64,000 nucleotides of DNA from a virus. How positions within the stretch are numbered: position 1 is the stretch's first letter; every line of letters starts with the position of its first letter. The stretch is from the IMG/VR virus record IMGVR_UViG_3300027714_000004, positions 64,001-128,000 of that record; one strand, written 5' to 3'. Below are positions 8,655-18,465 of the stretch, piece by piece. The notes below the pieces were generated by a model. It ran no database searches, was not told the DNA's origin, and saw only the letters and a list, made by a program, of their open reading frames with translations. A program made the position numbers and the translations under genes.

Positions 8655-9495
8655 TAATGTAATATTCCAATACATGATTGTAAATGATGCAGTCGATGCT
8701 CGTGGTAATATTAGAGGTTGGCTTGGTACACGGTCTTCCTTGTACAGAGAAGTAGCAGATATCTCTCGTACATCATTTGAAAAGTACGCAAAGAAGATTG
8801 GTGCAGAACACATCTATTCAGATGAACGAGTCGCTACCAAAGGTCACGAGTGTTCTACCTCACTCTTGCACGAGTGCGCACGTGTCTGGTTAGACCCTAT
8901 GTTCGACCAGTACGACAACCTACTATTCGTCGACACAGACATCGTGGTCAACACCGAAGAGAACATCTTTGACGTGATGGAGTCCGGTGCAGAGGTCTAT
9001 GGTGTCCTAGAGTCGGACTTTGTTACTGCAAATGGTAGCGGGTACAATGCATGGGATGGTGACGAAGAGAACTATAGGAACTTCTGTCGTAAGTTCGAGA
9101 TGCATGACTGTCCCATAGTCCCTGCAATGCCACCTAACAGACCTTCTAAGCTTACCATCATGAATACCGGAGTTGTACTCTGGACTAAGGAAGCGCGTCT
9201 ACGCGCACGTGAACTGTTCATGTCGTGGGAAGACTGGTGTTACACTGGTGACTTCCACATGTCTATTATGAACGACCAACCCTATATCTCCGCACAGTTG
9301 ATGAAGCACGAATTCGACGTAGAGACTATCGATACGACTTGGAACGATAGTCCACACTACGCAACGGTATCAGAGTTCTTCGAGAAAGCAAGGTTCTGTC
9401 ACTACACAGGTGGTGAGTGGAAGACCGATATGGTACGTCACTGGGAAGAGAAACGGTTCAAAACGACCCCTTGGGAACGCAGTCTTATCCCATAG
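8647..9495 (+). CDS. Glycosyltransferase, GT-A fold
   Basis: LFVDTDIVV DxD motif; NTGVVLW, NDQ and HYTG motifs. Confidence 0.8.
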   Translation: MSNNVIFQYMIVNDAVDARGNIRGWLGTRSSLYREVADISRTSFEKYAKKIGAEHIYSDERVATKGHECSTSLLHECARVWLDPMFDQYDNLLFVDTDIVVNTEENIFDVMESGAEVYGVLESDFVTANGSGYNAWDGDEENYRNFCRKFEMHDCPIVPAMPPNRPSKLTIMNTGVVLWTKEARLRARELFMSWEDWCYTGDFHMSIMNDQPYISAQLMKHEFDVETIDTTWNDSPHYATVSEFFEKARFCHYTGGEWKTDMVRHWEEKRFKTTPWERSLIP

Positions 9496-9510
9496 AGCCT
9501 AAATACTTCA

Positions 9511-9585
9511 CTTATTTTGAAAATAAGACTTGACAAACCTCTCCCATCTTGATATAATATAGTCTGAAATGTGAGAGGTTTTTTT
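9511..9585 (+). promoter_or_regulatory. Early promoter with upstream palindrome
   Basis: CTTATTTT-G-AAAATAAG, then TTGACA(9530)-17-TATAAT(9553). Confidence 0.85.
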
Positions 9586-9762
9586 ATGTCCGAGTTAAAT
9601 ACCACCAAGATAGAGTTGGCGACCAACTTAGTTAACCACTATATCTATGAACTAAAGAACCCCGATTGGGGACAATTGATGAGTTCCCTGCTAAATGAGG
9701 GGTTGACTTCTTCGGAAGTGTATGTTATAATGAACAAAGTAAAACAAGAGGGGGTTGTGTGA
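9586..9762 (+). CDS. Hypothetical protein
   Basis: RBS GAGG; overlaps the next GTG start. Confidence 0.6.
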   Translation: MSELNTTKIELATNLVNHYIYELKNPDWGQLMSSLLNEGLTSSEVYVIMNKVKQEGVV

Positions 9763-10334
9763 AAAATAAAGTAATTTTAGTAGACTGTGACGGTGTGTTG
9801 TTGGATTGGATGTATTCATTCCAAGCTTGGATGAAGCGTCACGGGTATGATGCGATTGATGTTGATAAGTACAAGATCCATGAGATCTTCGGTATCTACA
9901 AGACAGAAGGTAAGAAGTTGTGTCGTATGTTCAACGAGAGTGCAACGATCCGTAAGGTTCCGCCTCACAAAGATGCGATCAAGTACGTTAAGAAGTTGCA
10001 CGAAGAAGAAGGTTACATATTCCATGCAGTGACCTCTTTGAGTAACGATGAGTATGCACAACACCTACGTACCAAGAACCTATGTGAGTTGTTCGGGCCT
10101 ACGGTCTTCGAGAAGTATGTCTACCTAGACACGGGTGCTGACAAGGATGAAGCACTTGCAGTGTACAAAGACACCGGATGCATCTGGGTCGAAGATAAGG
10201 TGGAGAATGCACAGGCTGGTGCTGCGGTTGGTCTAGAGTCTTTAGTGATGAAACATGCGTACAACAGTGACTGTACCGAGTTTCCTCTGATGAACAACTG
10301 GAAAGAGATCTACGAGTACATTAAAGGTAAGTAA
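9759..10334 (+). CDS. HAD-family 5'-nucleotidase-like protein (T4 gp30.2-like)
   Basis: ILVDCDGVLLDW motif I; WVEDK motif IV. Confidence 0.85.
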   Translation: MKNKVILVDCDGVLLDWMYSFQAWMKRHGYDAIDVDKYKIHEIFGIYKTEGKKLCRMFNESATIRKVPPHKDAIKYVKKLHEEEGYIFHAVTSLSNDEYAQHLRTKNLCELFGPTVFEKYVYLDTGADKDEALAVYKDTGCIWVEDKVENAQAGAAVGLESLVMKHAYNSDCTEFPLMNNWKEIYEYIKGK

Positions 10335-10352
10335 TCCATTTAATTTCCTTTT

Positions 10353-10376
10353 GGGAGTCTTCGGACTCCCTTTTTT
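10353..10376 (+). terminator. Intrinsic terminator with C(UUCG)G tetraloop
   Basis: GGGAGTC-TTCG-GACTCCC-TTTTTT. Confidence 0.92.
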
Positions 10377-10384
10377 ATGGGTGG

Positions 10385-10392
10385 TATAAATA
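10385..10392 (+). promoter_or_regulatory. T4 gp55-type late promoter
   Basis: TATAAATA just after the terminator and before the carbamoyltransferase RBS. Confidence 0.8.
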
Positions 10393-10412
10393 TAGATTTA
10401 ATGAGGTGTCTG

Positions 10413-11870
10413 ATGAGATACGTAGGGTACAGTGAGTTTTATCATGATGCGGGTCTAGCTATCATTAGCGAAGACGGTGTGGTAGAATTTGCGACACACG
10501 GAGAACGATACTCTAAGAAGAAGAATGACCCTAGACTCCCCCAAGGGCTTTGGAACATGGTGAATGGAGATGACCACATCTCTTTCTATGAAGATCATGT
10601 AACCAAGTTCGATATACGTGGAGGGTTCGACGGTACCGGATATCCTAAAGACGCTGAGTACGATACATTCCATATGCATCACGAATCTCATTGCGCAACC
10701 GCATTCTATACCCGTCCGTGGGACTCGAAGGACGATACTGTCCTCGTCTCGATTGATGGGGTAGGTGAACTACAGACTGCGGTCATCATGGACTCTAACT
10801 TCAACCTAATCAAAGAGTGGCACTACCCTAAGTCGGTAGGACTAGTCTATACCCTTACTACTAAGTTCCTTGGTCTACGTCCACTTGAAGATGAGTACGT
10901 GGTAATGGGACTGTCTGCCTATCAGGATACCAACGAAGAGTCTCGTGCTATCACAGACTGGTTGATTAAATGGTACAATGAACTAGAAGACATCGCACCG
11001 GAGGTAGCACTAGGTGCTACAGTTGGGGGTGTAGACTCTCAACGTGAGAAAGATCGTCTACTATGGAGAGCAGAGTTCGAGAAGAAGATCCTCGCAGTAG
11101 AAGATAAGGTAGCGGCACGTGCTACCCAAGACTTTGCTGACTATGCGATCATGCAGATCATGGGTACGGCAGCGCAGTACGGTAAGAAACTATGTTACTC
11201 CGGTGGTTGTGCACAGAACGTGGTGATCAACTCTAGGTTGTTCGAACTGTTCGATGAGGTACATATCGCATGTTCACCTACAGACGCTGGGTCGGGTCTG
11301 GGTACAGCTGCACGTTCATGGGCAAAGGCAACGGGTAAGGATAAGTTGATCTGGTCTCCGTACTGTGGGTACGATATCGATAGTCCAATCAACCCTACCG
11401 AGGTTGTAGACCACCTACTCAACCATAAGGTATGTGGTATTGCGAACGGTAAGGCAGAGTTCGGGCCTCGTGCATTAGGTAATAGATCCCTGATTGCAGA
11501 CGTACGCTATGACGTACAGGATACAGTGAACGGAATCAAACGTAGACAGAAGTATCGTCCGTTTGCTCCTGCCATCCTAGAAGAGTATGCAGAAGAGTAC
11601 TTCAGCGGCCCTATGAATGACCATATGCAGTTCACCTCTAAGGCACTGCATGACTACGCACCTGTGACCCACGTAGATGGGACTGCACGGGTACAAATCG
11701 TGAAGAAGGACTGTGAGTCTATCTTCAGAAAGGTAATTGAAGAGTACCATGATAGAACTGGTGTTCCGATGCTACTCAATACATCTCTCAATATACGAGG
11801 CAGACCTATGGTCAATGACGAACATGATGCTGCGTTATGGGAACAAAAATACGAAGTAAAGGTATTCTAA
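10413..11870 (+). CDS. Carbamoyltransferase (NodU/CmcH/TobZ family)
   Basis: HHESH, DGVGE, SGGCAQN, EFGPRALGNRS, RPFAP, HVDGTARVQ and LLNTSLN motifs; RBS GAGGTG. Confidence 0.93.
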   Translation: MRYVGYSEFYHDAGLAIISEDGVVEFATHGERYSKKKNDPRLPQGLWNMVNGDDHISFYEDHVTKFDIRGGFDGTGYPKDAEYDTFHMHHESHCATAFYTRPWDSKDDTVLVSIDGVGELQTAVIMDSNFNLIKEWHYPKSVGLVYTLTTKFLGLRPLEDEYVVMGLSAYQDTNEESRAITDWLIKWYNELEDIAPEVALGATVGGVDSQREKDRLLWRAEFEKKILAVEDKVAARATQDFADYAIMQIMGTAAQYGKKLCYSGGCAQNVVINSRLFELFDEVHIACSPTDAGSGLGTAARSWAKATGKDKLIWSPYCGYDIDSPINPTEVVDHLLNHKVCGIANGKAEFGPRALGNRSLIADVRYDVQDTVNGIKRRQKYRPFAPAILEEYAEEYFSGPMNDHMQFTSKALHDYAPVTHVDGTARVQIVKKDCESIFRKVIEEYHDRTGVPMLLNTSLNIRGRPMVNDEHDAALWEQKYEVKVF

Positions 11871-12196
11871 TGACCGAAGAACTAAAACCAATCAAACAAA
11901 AGATTGAACTTGAAGTAGAGTTCGATACCACCCAAAAGGAAGTGATCCCTAGTAGGTTCAGTGTCCTATTGGACTTTGCGGACGTGATCGATGCGTATCG
12001 ACTATTCCCACGTGCCTTCATAGCAACCTACCTGTTCCTATTGATCGATACCGCAGAATGGTTCATGACCATACCTGAACCTAATGCATCACAGGCAGGT
12101 CTTATCTCTGTTATCATCGGTGCGGGTGCTGCATGGTTCGGTCTATACACCTCTACAGGTTCTGGACGTTCATCAAAGAGTACTAAGTCTAACTAA
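11870..12196 (+). CDS. Small membrane protein (2 TM)
   Basis: DAYRLFPR followed by two hydrophobic segments. Confidence 0.7.
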   Translation: MTEELKPIKQKIELEVEFDTTQKEVIPSRFSVLLDFADVIDAYRLFPRAFIATYLFLLIDTAEWFMTIPEPNASQAGLISVIIGAGAAWFGLYTSTGSGRSSKSTKSN

Positions 12197-13080
12197 TGAA
12201 ACCTTCCGAATTAGTAACTTGGAGAGGTACGCCAGGCGTAGGCGATTTCATGTGGGCATTGAATTGCTGTCACCAGTACGCAGCCGATCACAATATTCGG
12301 AAGATCAACTTAGAGCTTCATTGGGAGCATGGTGAAGACCACCTCCATCACTTCGAAGATCCAGAAACGATCATCGAACGATGTAATTACATACACAACT
12401 TCTATTACCAACAGGAACGGGTAGAGGTACATCATATATTCAATGCTCAAGGTAGGTATAGAGATTGGAAGTTTAATGATGATATTGTTTTGGAAACAAA
12501 TGGTGAGCGTAGAATAGTTGCGATAAAGAAACCTAAAGCGCGATATTATTTTGAATCCGGATACTACAATGACCAGCCGAATAATGATGTTCCTGATAGT
12601 AACTGGATATTCAGACAAGACGCATTTCAAGACTACGACCCCAACCGAATAGTTTTCTGGAGACCAACTTGGAATGCAGAGAAACCCCGCACTTGGAAAA
12701 GACTATTTTCAAATGACGATTGGGATGAGTTGATCGGACACTTCACGGATAAGGGGTTCAATATGCATGAAGTCTCCTATCGCACCCCCGTAAGAGAAGT
12801 GATGCATCTAATAGCAACTTCACGTATGGTTATATGTTACGATGGCATATGGCACTACATTGCAAAGAACTTTGCTAGACCACTCGCGGTAATCAGTGGA
12901 GAAGGTGTTACTAAATACCATACACCAAATGCCCTAAGACTGAATCCAGATATAAGGTCTATAGAAAATGGCGTCGATGTATGGTGGTGGATAGATCATA
13001 TGGAAGATTTGCTACAAGAGACCAAAAGAAGATCGGTAGAATACGAAGATAGAATAAGGACTCGTTATGGAAATGACTAG
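12196..13080 (+). CDS. Putative glycosyltransferase (GT-B/GT9-like)
   Basis: GVGD N-terminal motif; ICYDGIWHYIA resembles the GT9 DSGxxHxA motif. Confidence 0.55.
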   Translation: MKPSELVTWRGTPGVGDFMWALNCCHQYAADHNIRKINLELHWEHGEDHLHHFEDPETIIERCNYIHNFYYQQERVEVHHIFNAQGRYRDWKFNDDIVLETNGERRIVAIKKPKARYYFESGYYNDQPNNDVPDSNWIFRQDAFQDYDPNRIVFWRPTWNAEKPRTWKRLFSNDDWDELIGHFTDKGFNMHEVSYRTPVREVMHLIATSRMVICYDGIWHYIAKNFARPLAVISGEGVTKYHTPNALRLNPDIRSIENGVDVWWWIDHMEDLLQETKRRSVEYEDRIRTRYGND

Positions 13081-14053
13081 AGATACATTTCAGATTGATC
13101 GTGCAGTAATCGAGGTTGCGGGTGGATGCAACTATTCTTGCTCTATGTGTCCACAAGACCTGCGTGAAGGTGGTCGACATAAAGGGTTTCGTCGTATCAT
13201 GAAACTAGATGAGTTCGAGAAGTATGTTGCGGACTGCGCACAGTACGGATTGAATGTAGTCAACCTAGATGGATCTGGTGAAGCCACTATGGCAAAGAAC
13301 CTACCTGAGTATATCAAGGTAGTGAAGAAATACGGTGCCAAGGCATTCATCTTCTCTAATGGATTCAAGATGGAAGGTCAGTACATGCGCGACTGTGTTG
13401 ACGCGGGACTAGACTTCTATCGATTCTCATTCGTCGGTGCGGATGAACAAGACTATAGTAAGTGGATGTACAACGCGATAGGTGGCCACTACGCACAGAT
13501 CAAACGTAACATCCAAGAGATGGTTGCGTACGTAGAAGAGACTAAGGCAGACTGTGTTGTATCTACCTACCATCTAATCACTGACAACGATAACATCGAC
13601 AGTGAACTAGACAAGTACAAAGCATTGGTAGATGAACTAGGTGTCAAGACCGAGATATGGAAGATGCATAACTGGTCTGGTACTTGGGACATCGGAGATA
13701 ATGCGCGAGATGGTAAGATAAAGACTTGTGGTAGACCGTTCTCTCCAGACGTAGTGATACGTGCGGGTGGACTTGAGAAGCAGACAGGTGCGGTACATCC
13801 TTGTTGTCAGGTACTAGGTCGAGACGAGGAAGCAGTGTTAGGTCACTGTTCAGAGGATAACATCGCTGACATCTTCTTTGGTGAAGCATACGAGACTCTA
13901 CGTGAACAACATCGAACCGGAGACTACCCAGACTTCTGTAAGAGCTGCGATTTCTTAATCGATGACCCCGAAGTGTTGGTCTATACCAACCATGAACGGG
14001 ATTTGATGAAAATGCATGGAACTAATTTTGATCTTAACGATTATAGAGATTGA
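13067..14053 (+). CDS. Radical SAM enzyme with SPASM/twitch domain
   Basis: CNYSCSMC; GSGE; C-terminal CGRPF..PCC..CKSC. Confidence 0.92.
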   Translation: MEMTRDTFQIDRAVIEVAGGCNYSCSMCPQDLREGGRHKGFRRIMKLDEFEKYVADCAQYGLNVVNLDGSGEATMAKNLPEYIKVVKKYGAKAFIFSNGFKMEGQYMRDCVDAGLDFYRFSFVGADEQDYSKWMYNAIGGHYAQIKRNIQEMVAYVEETKADCVVSTYHLITDNDNIDSELDKYKALVDELGVKTEIWKMHNWSGTWDIGDNARDGKIKTCGRPFSPDVVIRAGGLEKQTGAVHPCCQVLGRDEEAVLGHCSEDNIADIFFGEAYETLREQHRTGDYPDFCKSCDFLIDDPEVLVYTNHERDLMKMHGTNFDLNDYRD

Positions 14054-14058
14054 ATCGT

Positions 14059-14066
14059 TATAAATA
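14059..14066 (+). promoter_or_regulatory. T4 late promoter
   Basis: Intergenic TATAAATA. Confidence 0.7.
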
Positions 14067-14157
14067 ATATCACTTATCCGTATTCGACTGGCCAGTCCGA
14101 GATTTAATTCGCACCGTGCGGAAAGACACTTTTAAAAGAATATATAAAGGAATCCTC

Positions 14158-14871
14158 ATGGATAACGAACAAAGCATAGAAAAGTTAGCAGATCATTTTT
14201 TAGTCGGCAGCGCATTATCAGGACACTCATATGTCCAGAATCTATATGGCATGTATATCCGGTTCGAGCAAGAGATGGTAACCGAACGATCAAATATGTT
14301 TATTTCTAACGAAGCATATCATAAAGTATATAAACCCCTCATTGCAACCTCTCTCGATTTCCAGCCACATGGAGACACCGTTAATGTAGATGTCCTTAAA
14401 GAAGGTCAAGCATTAGGGAACCTTGAACCAGAGCAGTTGATGAGAATCACTCGTGACTATAAAGATGTGTTGGTGAACTTGTGGAAGACCCACTCTCCAG
14501 ATCTTTCTTGGGAAGACTTCATGCAAACTCCATTAGGGTTTGTTCTGATATCTGACTTCGAAACAGCGGCCAGTGAGTTTGTATATGATCTAGAGTTTTC
14601 CTATGAAGAACTTGTAACTTCTCCTCATCAGGTAATTACTTCTATCGTAGAGCACTTGCTTCCTAGAGAAAGTAATCCTGAACTAGAAACTTTTGGTCAA
14701 GCACATAGATCTATAAGTCTTAACGCTATTGATCGAGTTGTATCAGAATCCGCCATACGTACCCTACGTGAAGGACAGACTGACGGTATGCTAGATAGTG
14801 TAGGTGTTTACAAGCAGTTCTTGACACCAGATCAAGCTGGCGAAGTAGATGAGTTCGTATCGAACCTATAA
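14158..14871 (+). CDS. Sulfotransferase-like protein (degenerate)
   Basis: RDYKDVLV, SYEELVTSP and GVYKQFLT patterns; 5'-PSB-like GSALSGHSY lacks the Lys. Confidence 0.5.
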   Translation: MDNEQSIEKLADHFLVGSALSGHSYVQNLYGMYIRFEQEMVTERSNMFISNEAYHKVYKPLIATSLDFQPHGDTVNVDVLKEGQALGNLEPEQLMRITRDYKDVLVNLWKTHSPDLSWEDFMQTPLGFVLISDFETAASEFVYDLEFSYEELVTSPHQVITSIVEHLLPRESNPELETFGQAHRSISLNAIDRVVSESAIRTLREGQTDGMLDSVGVYKQFLTPDQAGEVDEFVSNL

Positions 14872-14896
14872 TCCACTAGTTAAATTTTAGATAGAT

Positions 14897-14930
14897 AAGA
14901 CGGGTTAGGAAACTTTCCCGTCTTTTTTTT
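14897..14930 (+). terminator. Intrinsic terminator
   Basis: AAGACGGG...CCCGTCTT followed by T-run. Confidence 0.8.
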
Positions 14931-14944
14931 GTTTTGAGAATATT

Positions 14945-15604
14945 ATGGTTAGGAAGAGTTTTTTAACAGGATGTGACTATAACACCGAATGGCAACTGCC
15001 GTGGTTTATAGAGAACTTCATCGAGCATTCGACAGGGATCTTACAGATCGCTGACTTTGGTATGTCCAATGATATGTTGGACTTGATCGAGCACCACCCT
15101 AGGTTCGGTAAACAAATATACATCCTTAGTTTTGAAAACAACCTAAGTGGTTGGTTCAAGAAACCTCGTGCAATATACACTGCAACTAGTGATGGGTTCA
15201 GTATATGTTGGCTAGATACCGACTGTCAGATAGACGGAGACATAGATTCTATATGGGATCATTTCGAAGGCGGTAGACTGGGGATGGTAGTAGACCGACC
15301 TTGGACTAAGAGAAGACCAGACAACGGGGAGTGGTACAACTCTGGGGTCGTTCTAAGCGACCGCAACCCTACCCTGACATCTTGGATGCACTCTTGTGAG
15401 GAAGATCAGACGGAGTCAGACCAGTACGTCCTGTACCATATGCACACCCCCATAGAACGAATAGGTAAGATATATCCTATACCTCACGAATATAATACGT
15501 TACGATTAGACTACATAGATAATGTAGCTGTAGATAATCCTATCGTTATACACCATACAGGTAAGAAAGGTAATGATGTGATTAGACAACAGATGAATGT
15601 TTAA
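14945..15604 (+). CDS. Glycosyltransferase, GT-A fold
   Basis: WFKKP, WLDTDC, YNSGVV, SDQ and HHTG motifs. Confidence 0.8.
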   Translation: MVRKSFLTGCDYNTEWQLPWFIENFIEHSTGILQIADFGMSNDMLDLIEHHPRFGKQIYILSFENNLSGWFKKPRAIYTATSDGFSICWLDTDCQIDGDIDSIWDHFEGGRLGMVVDRPWTKRRPDNGEWYNSGVVLSDRNPTLTSWMHSCEEDQTESDQYVLYHMHTPIERIGKIYPIPHEYNTLRLDYIDNVAVDNPIVIHHTGKKGNDVIRQQMNV

Positions 15605-15619
15605 TATTGGAGAAATAAT

Positions 15620-16090
15620 ATGTTAAGTGGCTTAATAGGTTCGCTTTTGGGATTCGGGGGTTCACTTGTACCTGCGATAACGGATCACTTTAAATCCAAA
15701 AGAGACAACGAATTTGAACTAAAAAAGATGGAGAAGATGGCAGAACTACGTGCTGCTGGATTCGACCATGATATGGAGATGTTTCAGACGCAAGCGGCAG
15801 ACAATGAACACGCTCGTTTGATTCAACACGACATTAGTATTAATCAAGGGACTGGAATTATCGCGAACCTACAGAAATCTGTTCGTCCGATAATCACGTA
15901 CTCTTTCTTTATTCTATTCGCGATTATAGAATGGAATTTATTACAACAGGCATTAGAAACCGGCGCACTCATGGGGGACGCATTGGACGCCTTATGGGAT
16001 GAAGATACCAAAGCGATATTCGCTGCGATTATTTCTTTCTGGTTCGGTTCACGTGCAGTAGAGAAGGCGCGAGAACGCCCAATGAAATAA
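15620..16090 (+). CDS. Holin-like 3-TM membrane protein
   Basis: SVRPIITY and IISFWFGSR motifs with TM helices. Confidence 0.7.
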   Translation: MLSGLIGSLLGFGGSLVPAITDHFKSKRDNEFELKKMEKMAELRAAGFDHDMEMFQTQAADNEHARLIQHDISINQGTGIIANLQKSVRPIITYSFFILFAIIEWNLLQQALETGALMGDALDALWDEDTKAIFAAIISFWFGSRAVEKARERPMK

Positions 16091-16100
16091 GGTGAAGGAA

Positions 16101-16451
16101 ATGTATAGTTATGAAGCAAAGATCCGCAGATGGGTGGATGGCGATACCGTTGACGTTGATATTGATCTTGGGTTCGGTCTTGTTTACAGTAATCAGCGGT
16201 TGCGTCTATATGGGATTGATGCTTATGAGTCGCGCACACGAGACCTTGACGAAAAGAAGAAAGGTCTTGAGGCAAAGGATTACGTCAAAAAGATGGCTCC
16301 CGAAGGAAGTACGGTAAGTATCATCACCCACAAGACAGGTAAGTACGGTAGAATCCTTGCAGAGGTCTTCGTAGAAGTTTCCTACAACGACTGGCAAAGT
16401 ATCAATTCACTTTTAATAAAAGAAGGCCATGCCACAGAATATCTTATTTAA
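16101..16451 (+). CDS. Thermonuclease (SNase-like)
   Basis: VDGDTVD, RLYGIDAYE and GKYGRILA motifs. Confidence 0.9.
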   Translation: MYSYEAKIRRWVDGDTVDVDIDLGFGLVYSNQRLRLYGIDAYESRTRDLDEKKKGLEAKDYVKKMAPEGSTVSIITHKTGKYGRILAEVFVEVSYNDWQSINSLLIKEGHATEYLI

Positions 16452-16459
16452 GATAATCT

Positions 16460-16488
16460 TTGACCTAGTGAATAGGTTATGGTATACT
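16460..16488 (+). promoter_or_regulatory. Sigma70-type promoter
   Basis: TTGACC-17-TATACT. Confidence 0.6.
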
Positions 16489-16510
16489 GTGGGCATTATA
16501 AGGAAGAATC

Positions 16511-17161
16511 ATGAGACGAGTTAATGTACTGGGTAATGGCGATCACGCCAGTCTATACAAGAAAGGTACTGAAGGTGAATTGGTGGTATGTAACATGCCT
16601 CCAATTGAACTGAGTAAGGAAGATGTCTATGCTTCATGCATGGTCGACTTCAAGATGATGTCTGCCCTAGAAGAGGGTCAAGTTAACCTTGGAGATTATG
16701 ACTGGGTATTGGGTGCACGACCACGTAGATGGATGGAGCTGAAACCATCGTTCTACCTAAAGTATTCCCAGAACATTAAAGGGTTCCATACCTATGTTCC
16801 ACCCTATGCCCAGTTGCCCGGCAACAAATTATCAGATGCTGCTACCAACTACTCCTGCGGACATATGGCAGTAGACTATGCGTGTCGTATCATGAAAGCG
16901 ACCGAGGTACATTTGTACGGGTTCGATGCGATGTTTGACATGAATCTAAACAGTCATACTGATAACTTCTTGAAGAGTGATAGAAGCGCGTTGAACGTGC
17001 ACCGCATGGCGAGTAACTGGCGTCCTATTTGGCACGGGTTCTTTAAAGAGTTCTGTAACGTCAAGTTCGTTATCCATCACAACCATTCTGATATTAAGTT
17101 AATTTTACCAGATAATACAACTGTTGAAGTAGGAGAGTTAGATGTTAGAGAAGATTCTTAA
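16511..17161 (+). CDS. Maf/sialyltransferase-like (GT29/GT42-like fold) protein
   Basis: VLGNG...CN N-terminus; SCGHMAVDYA...EVHLYGFD motif. Confidence 0.55.
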   Translation: MRRVNVLGNGDHASLYKKGTEGELVVCNMPPIELSKEDVYASCMVDFKMMSALEEGQVNLGDYDWVLGARPRRWMELKPSFYLKYSQNIKGFHTYVPPYAQLPGNKLSDAATNYSCGHMAVDYACRIMKATEVHLYGFDAMFDMNLNSHTDNFLKSDRSALNVHRMASNWRPIWHGFFKEFCNVKFVIHHNHSDIKLILPDNTTVEVGELDVREDS

Positions 17162-17276
17162 TGATGTTCGAAAGTTCATCGAAGACACCGCACACGATTT
17201 TCAGTCGGTATGGGAGTTCAGACCCAATGTACTAATCTGGTGTATCATCTTTGGTACACTATTATTCTGGATATAA
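17142..17276 (+). CDS. Small membrane peptide (44 aa), not in the ORF track
   Basis: RBS AGGAG; C-terminal hydrophobic stretch. Confidence 0.5.
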   Translation: MLEKILNDVRKFIEDTAHDFQSVWEFRPNVLIWCIIFGTLLFWI

Positions 17277-17305
17277 AAAAAGGGAACCGCAATGGTTCCC
17301 TTCTT
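17275..17305. terminator. Terminator between convergent genes (probably bidirectional)
   Basis: A-run, AAGGGAACC-GCAAT-GGTTCCCTT, then T-rich tail. Confidence 0.85.
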
Positions 17306-17329
17306 CGTTCTTACTGTCGGGTAAGTTCC

Positions 17330-18175
17330 TTAGAATATTTTGATCATGTTCTTCATGATTTCGCATTCTTCCGGACGGCCTTCTGATATCCAATCATCCC
17401 ACGATGAACGTAGTGCAAAGGATATATCAACCATAGTCTGGTTGTCTTTCTCTTCACCATTGATCCACTTAACGGCAGATGATGCACCGTAGTAGATATC
17501 AATCATATCAAATTCTGGGGTACACATAGGTGCAAATATCTCACGGACTTGATCGTCTTCAAACCCTACTTCTTGGTCTTGCATAGGAACACCTAGGAAT
17601 ACGACTGCGTCGAACTTCTCGTGTTCACCTTCTAGAGACCAAGATGATTGTCCATGCTTGTACTGATGAGAACATGTTAATGTCTTATCAATCATACCTG
17701 AAGCCATATACATCTCATGCATAGCGCCTTTGTACTTAGTCTCTGGTGGACGGACAATAGTGAACTTCGCATTGTATCCATACATGTCCATCACTAGAGG
17801 GATGCTCTGAGCGATAATGTTCATGTCTGGGAAAGTTGTCATATGTGCACGTTCTGGAGGAAGTAGGTCAACCATTCTGTCAGCGCGATAACTTAACATC
17901 CAGTGACTCTGACCTTCGTTTACGTGACCAACAAACAATACATTCTTATATCCTTTGGACATAATTGCATTACAGAACATTGGTGCACGAGACAACATTT
18001 CTTCGGACATATTGATCTCGTCAGACTTATGACGTAGGTACTTACCTTTCTTGACAGTTGCTTGATTCAAGGCAGTATTCATCTGTAGAGCAAGATGCTC
18101 TTTCTTTCCTTTTGAAACGAATTTCTGATTTTCTCCATCGGTTAAAATGGTTTCATCTGATGTGTTAAAAAACAT
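17330..18175 (-). CDS. Hypothetical protein (late)
   Basis: 281-aa ORF downstream of a minus-strand late promoter. Confidence 0.8.
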   Translation of the reverse strand: MFFNTSDETILTDGENQKFVSKGKKEHLALQMNTALNQATVKKGKYLRHKSDEINMSEEMLSRAPMFCNAIMSKGYKNVLFVGHVNEGQSHWMLSYRADRMVDLLPPERAHMTTFPDMNIIAQSIPLVMDMYGYNAKFTIVRPPETKYKGAMHEMYMASGMIDKTLTCSHQYKHGQSSWSLEGEHEKFDAVVFLGVPMQDQEVGFEDDQVREIFAPMCTPEFDMIDIYYGASSAVKWINGEEKDNQTMVDISFALRSSWDDWISEGRPEECEIMKNMIKIF

Positions 18176-18178
18176 TGG

Positions 18179-18433
18179 TTAGGATCCCTTATAGATGTTT
18201 TGTATGTGTGTTTCGAATTGCTCGATCTTGTCCAATCGATTCGGCCATAAGATGTACTCCTTTTCAGGATTCGCCTTTAGGTTCGTCAATAACGGTTGAA
18301 TCGCATTGAATAGGTTATCGAGTCGTGTGTGGTAATCATCAGCATCAGAGGATATGGACTCTAACTGTTGGACAGCTTCGAGTTCCGACTCGTCTACTAC
18401 TGTGAAACCGAAATCAAATAGTTCTGTATTCAT
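18179..18433 (-). CDS. Conserved T4-like hypothetical protein
   Basis: FDFGFTVVDE and NPEKEYILWPNR motifs; late promoter TATAAATA at 18439-18446 (minus). Confidence 0.8.
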   Translation of the reverse strand: MNTELFDFGFTVVDESELEAVQQLESISSDADDYHTRLDNLFNAIQPLLTNLKANPEKEYILWPNRLDKIEQFETHIQNIYKGS

Positions 18434-18465
18434 AGGGTTATTTATACCTTTTTTTTGGTCAGCCC

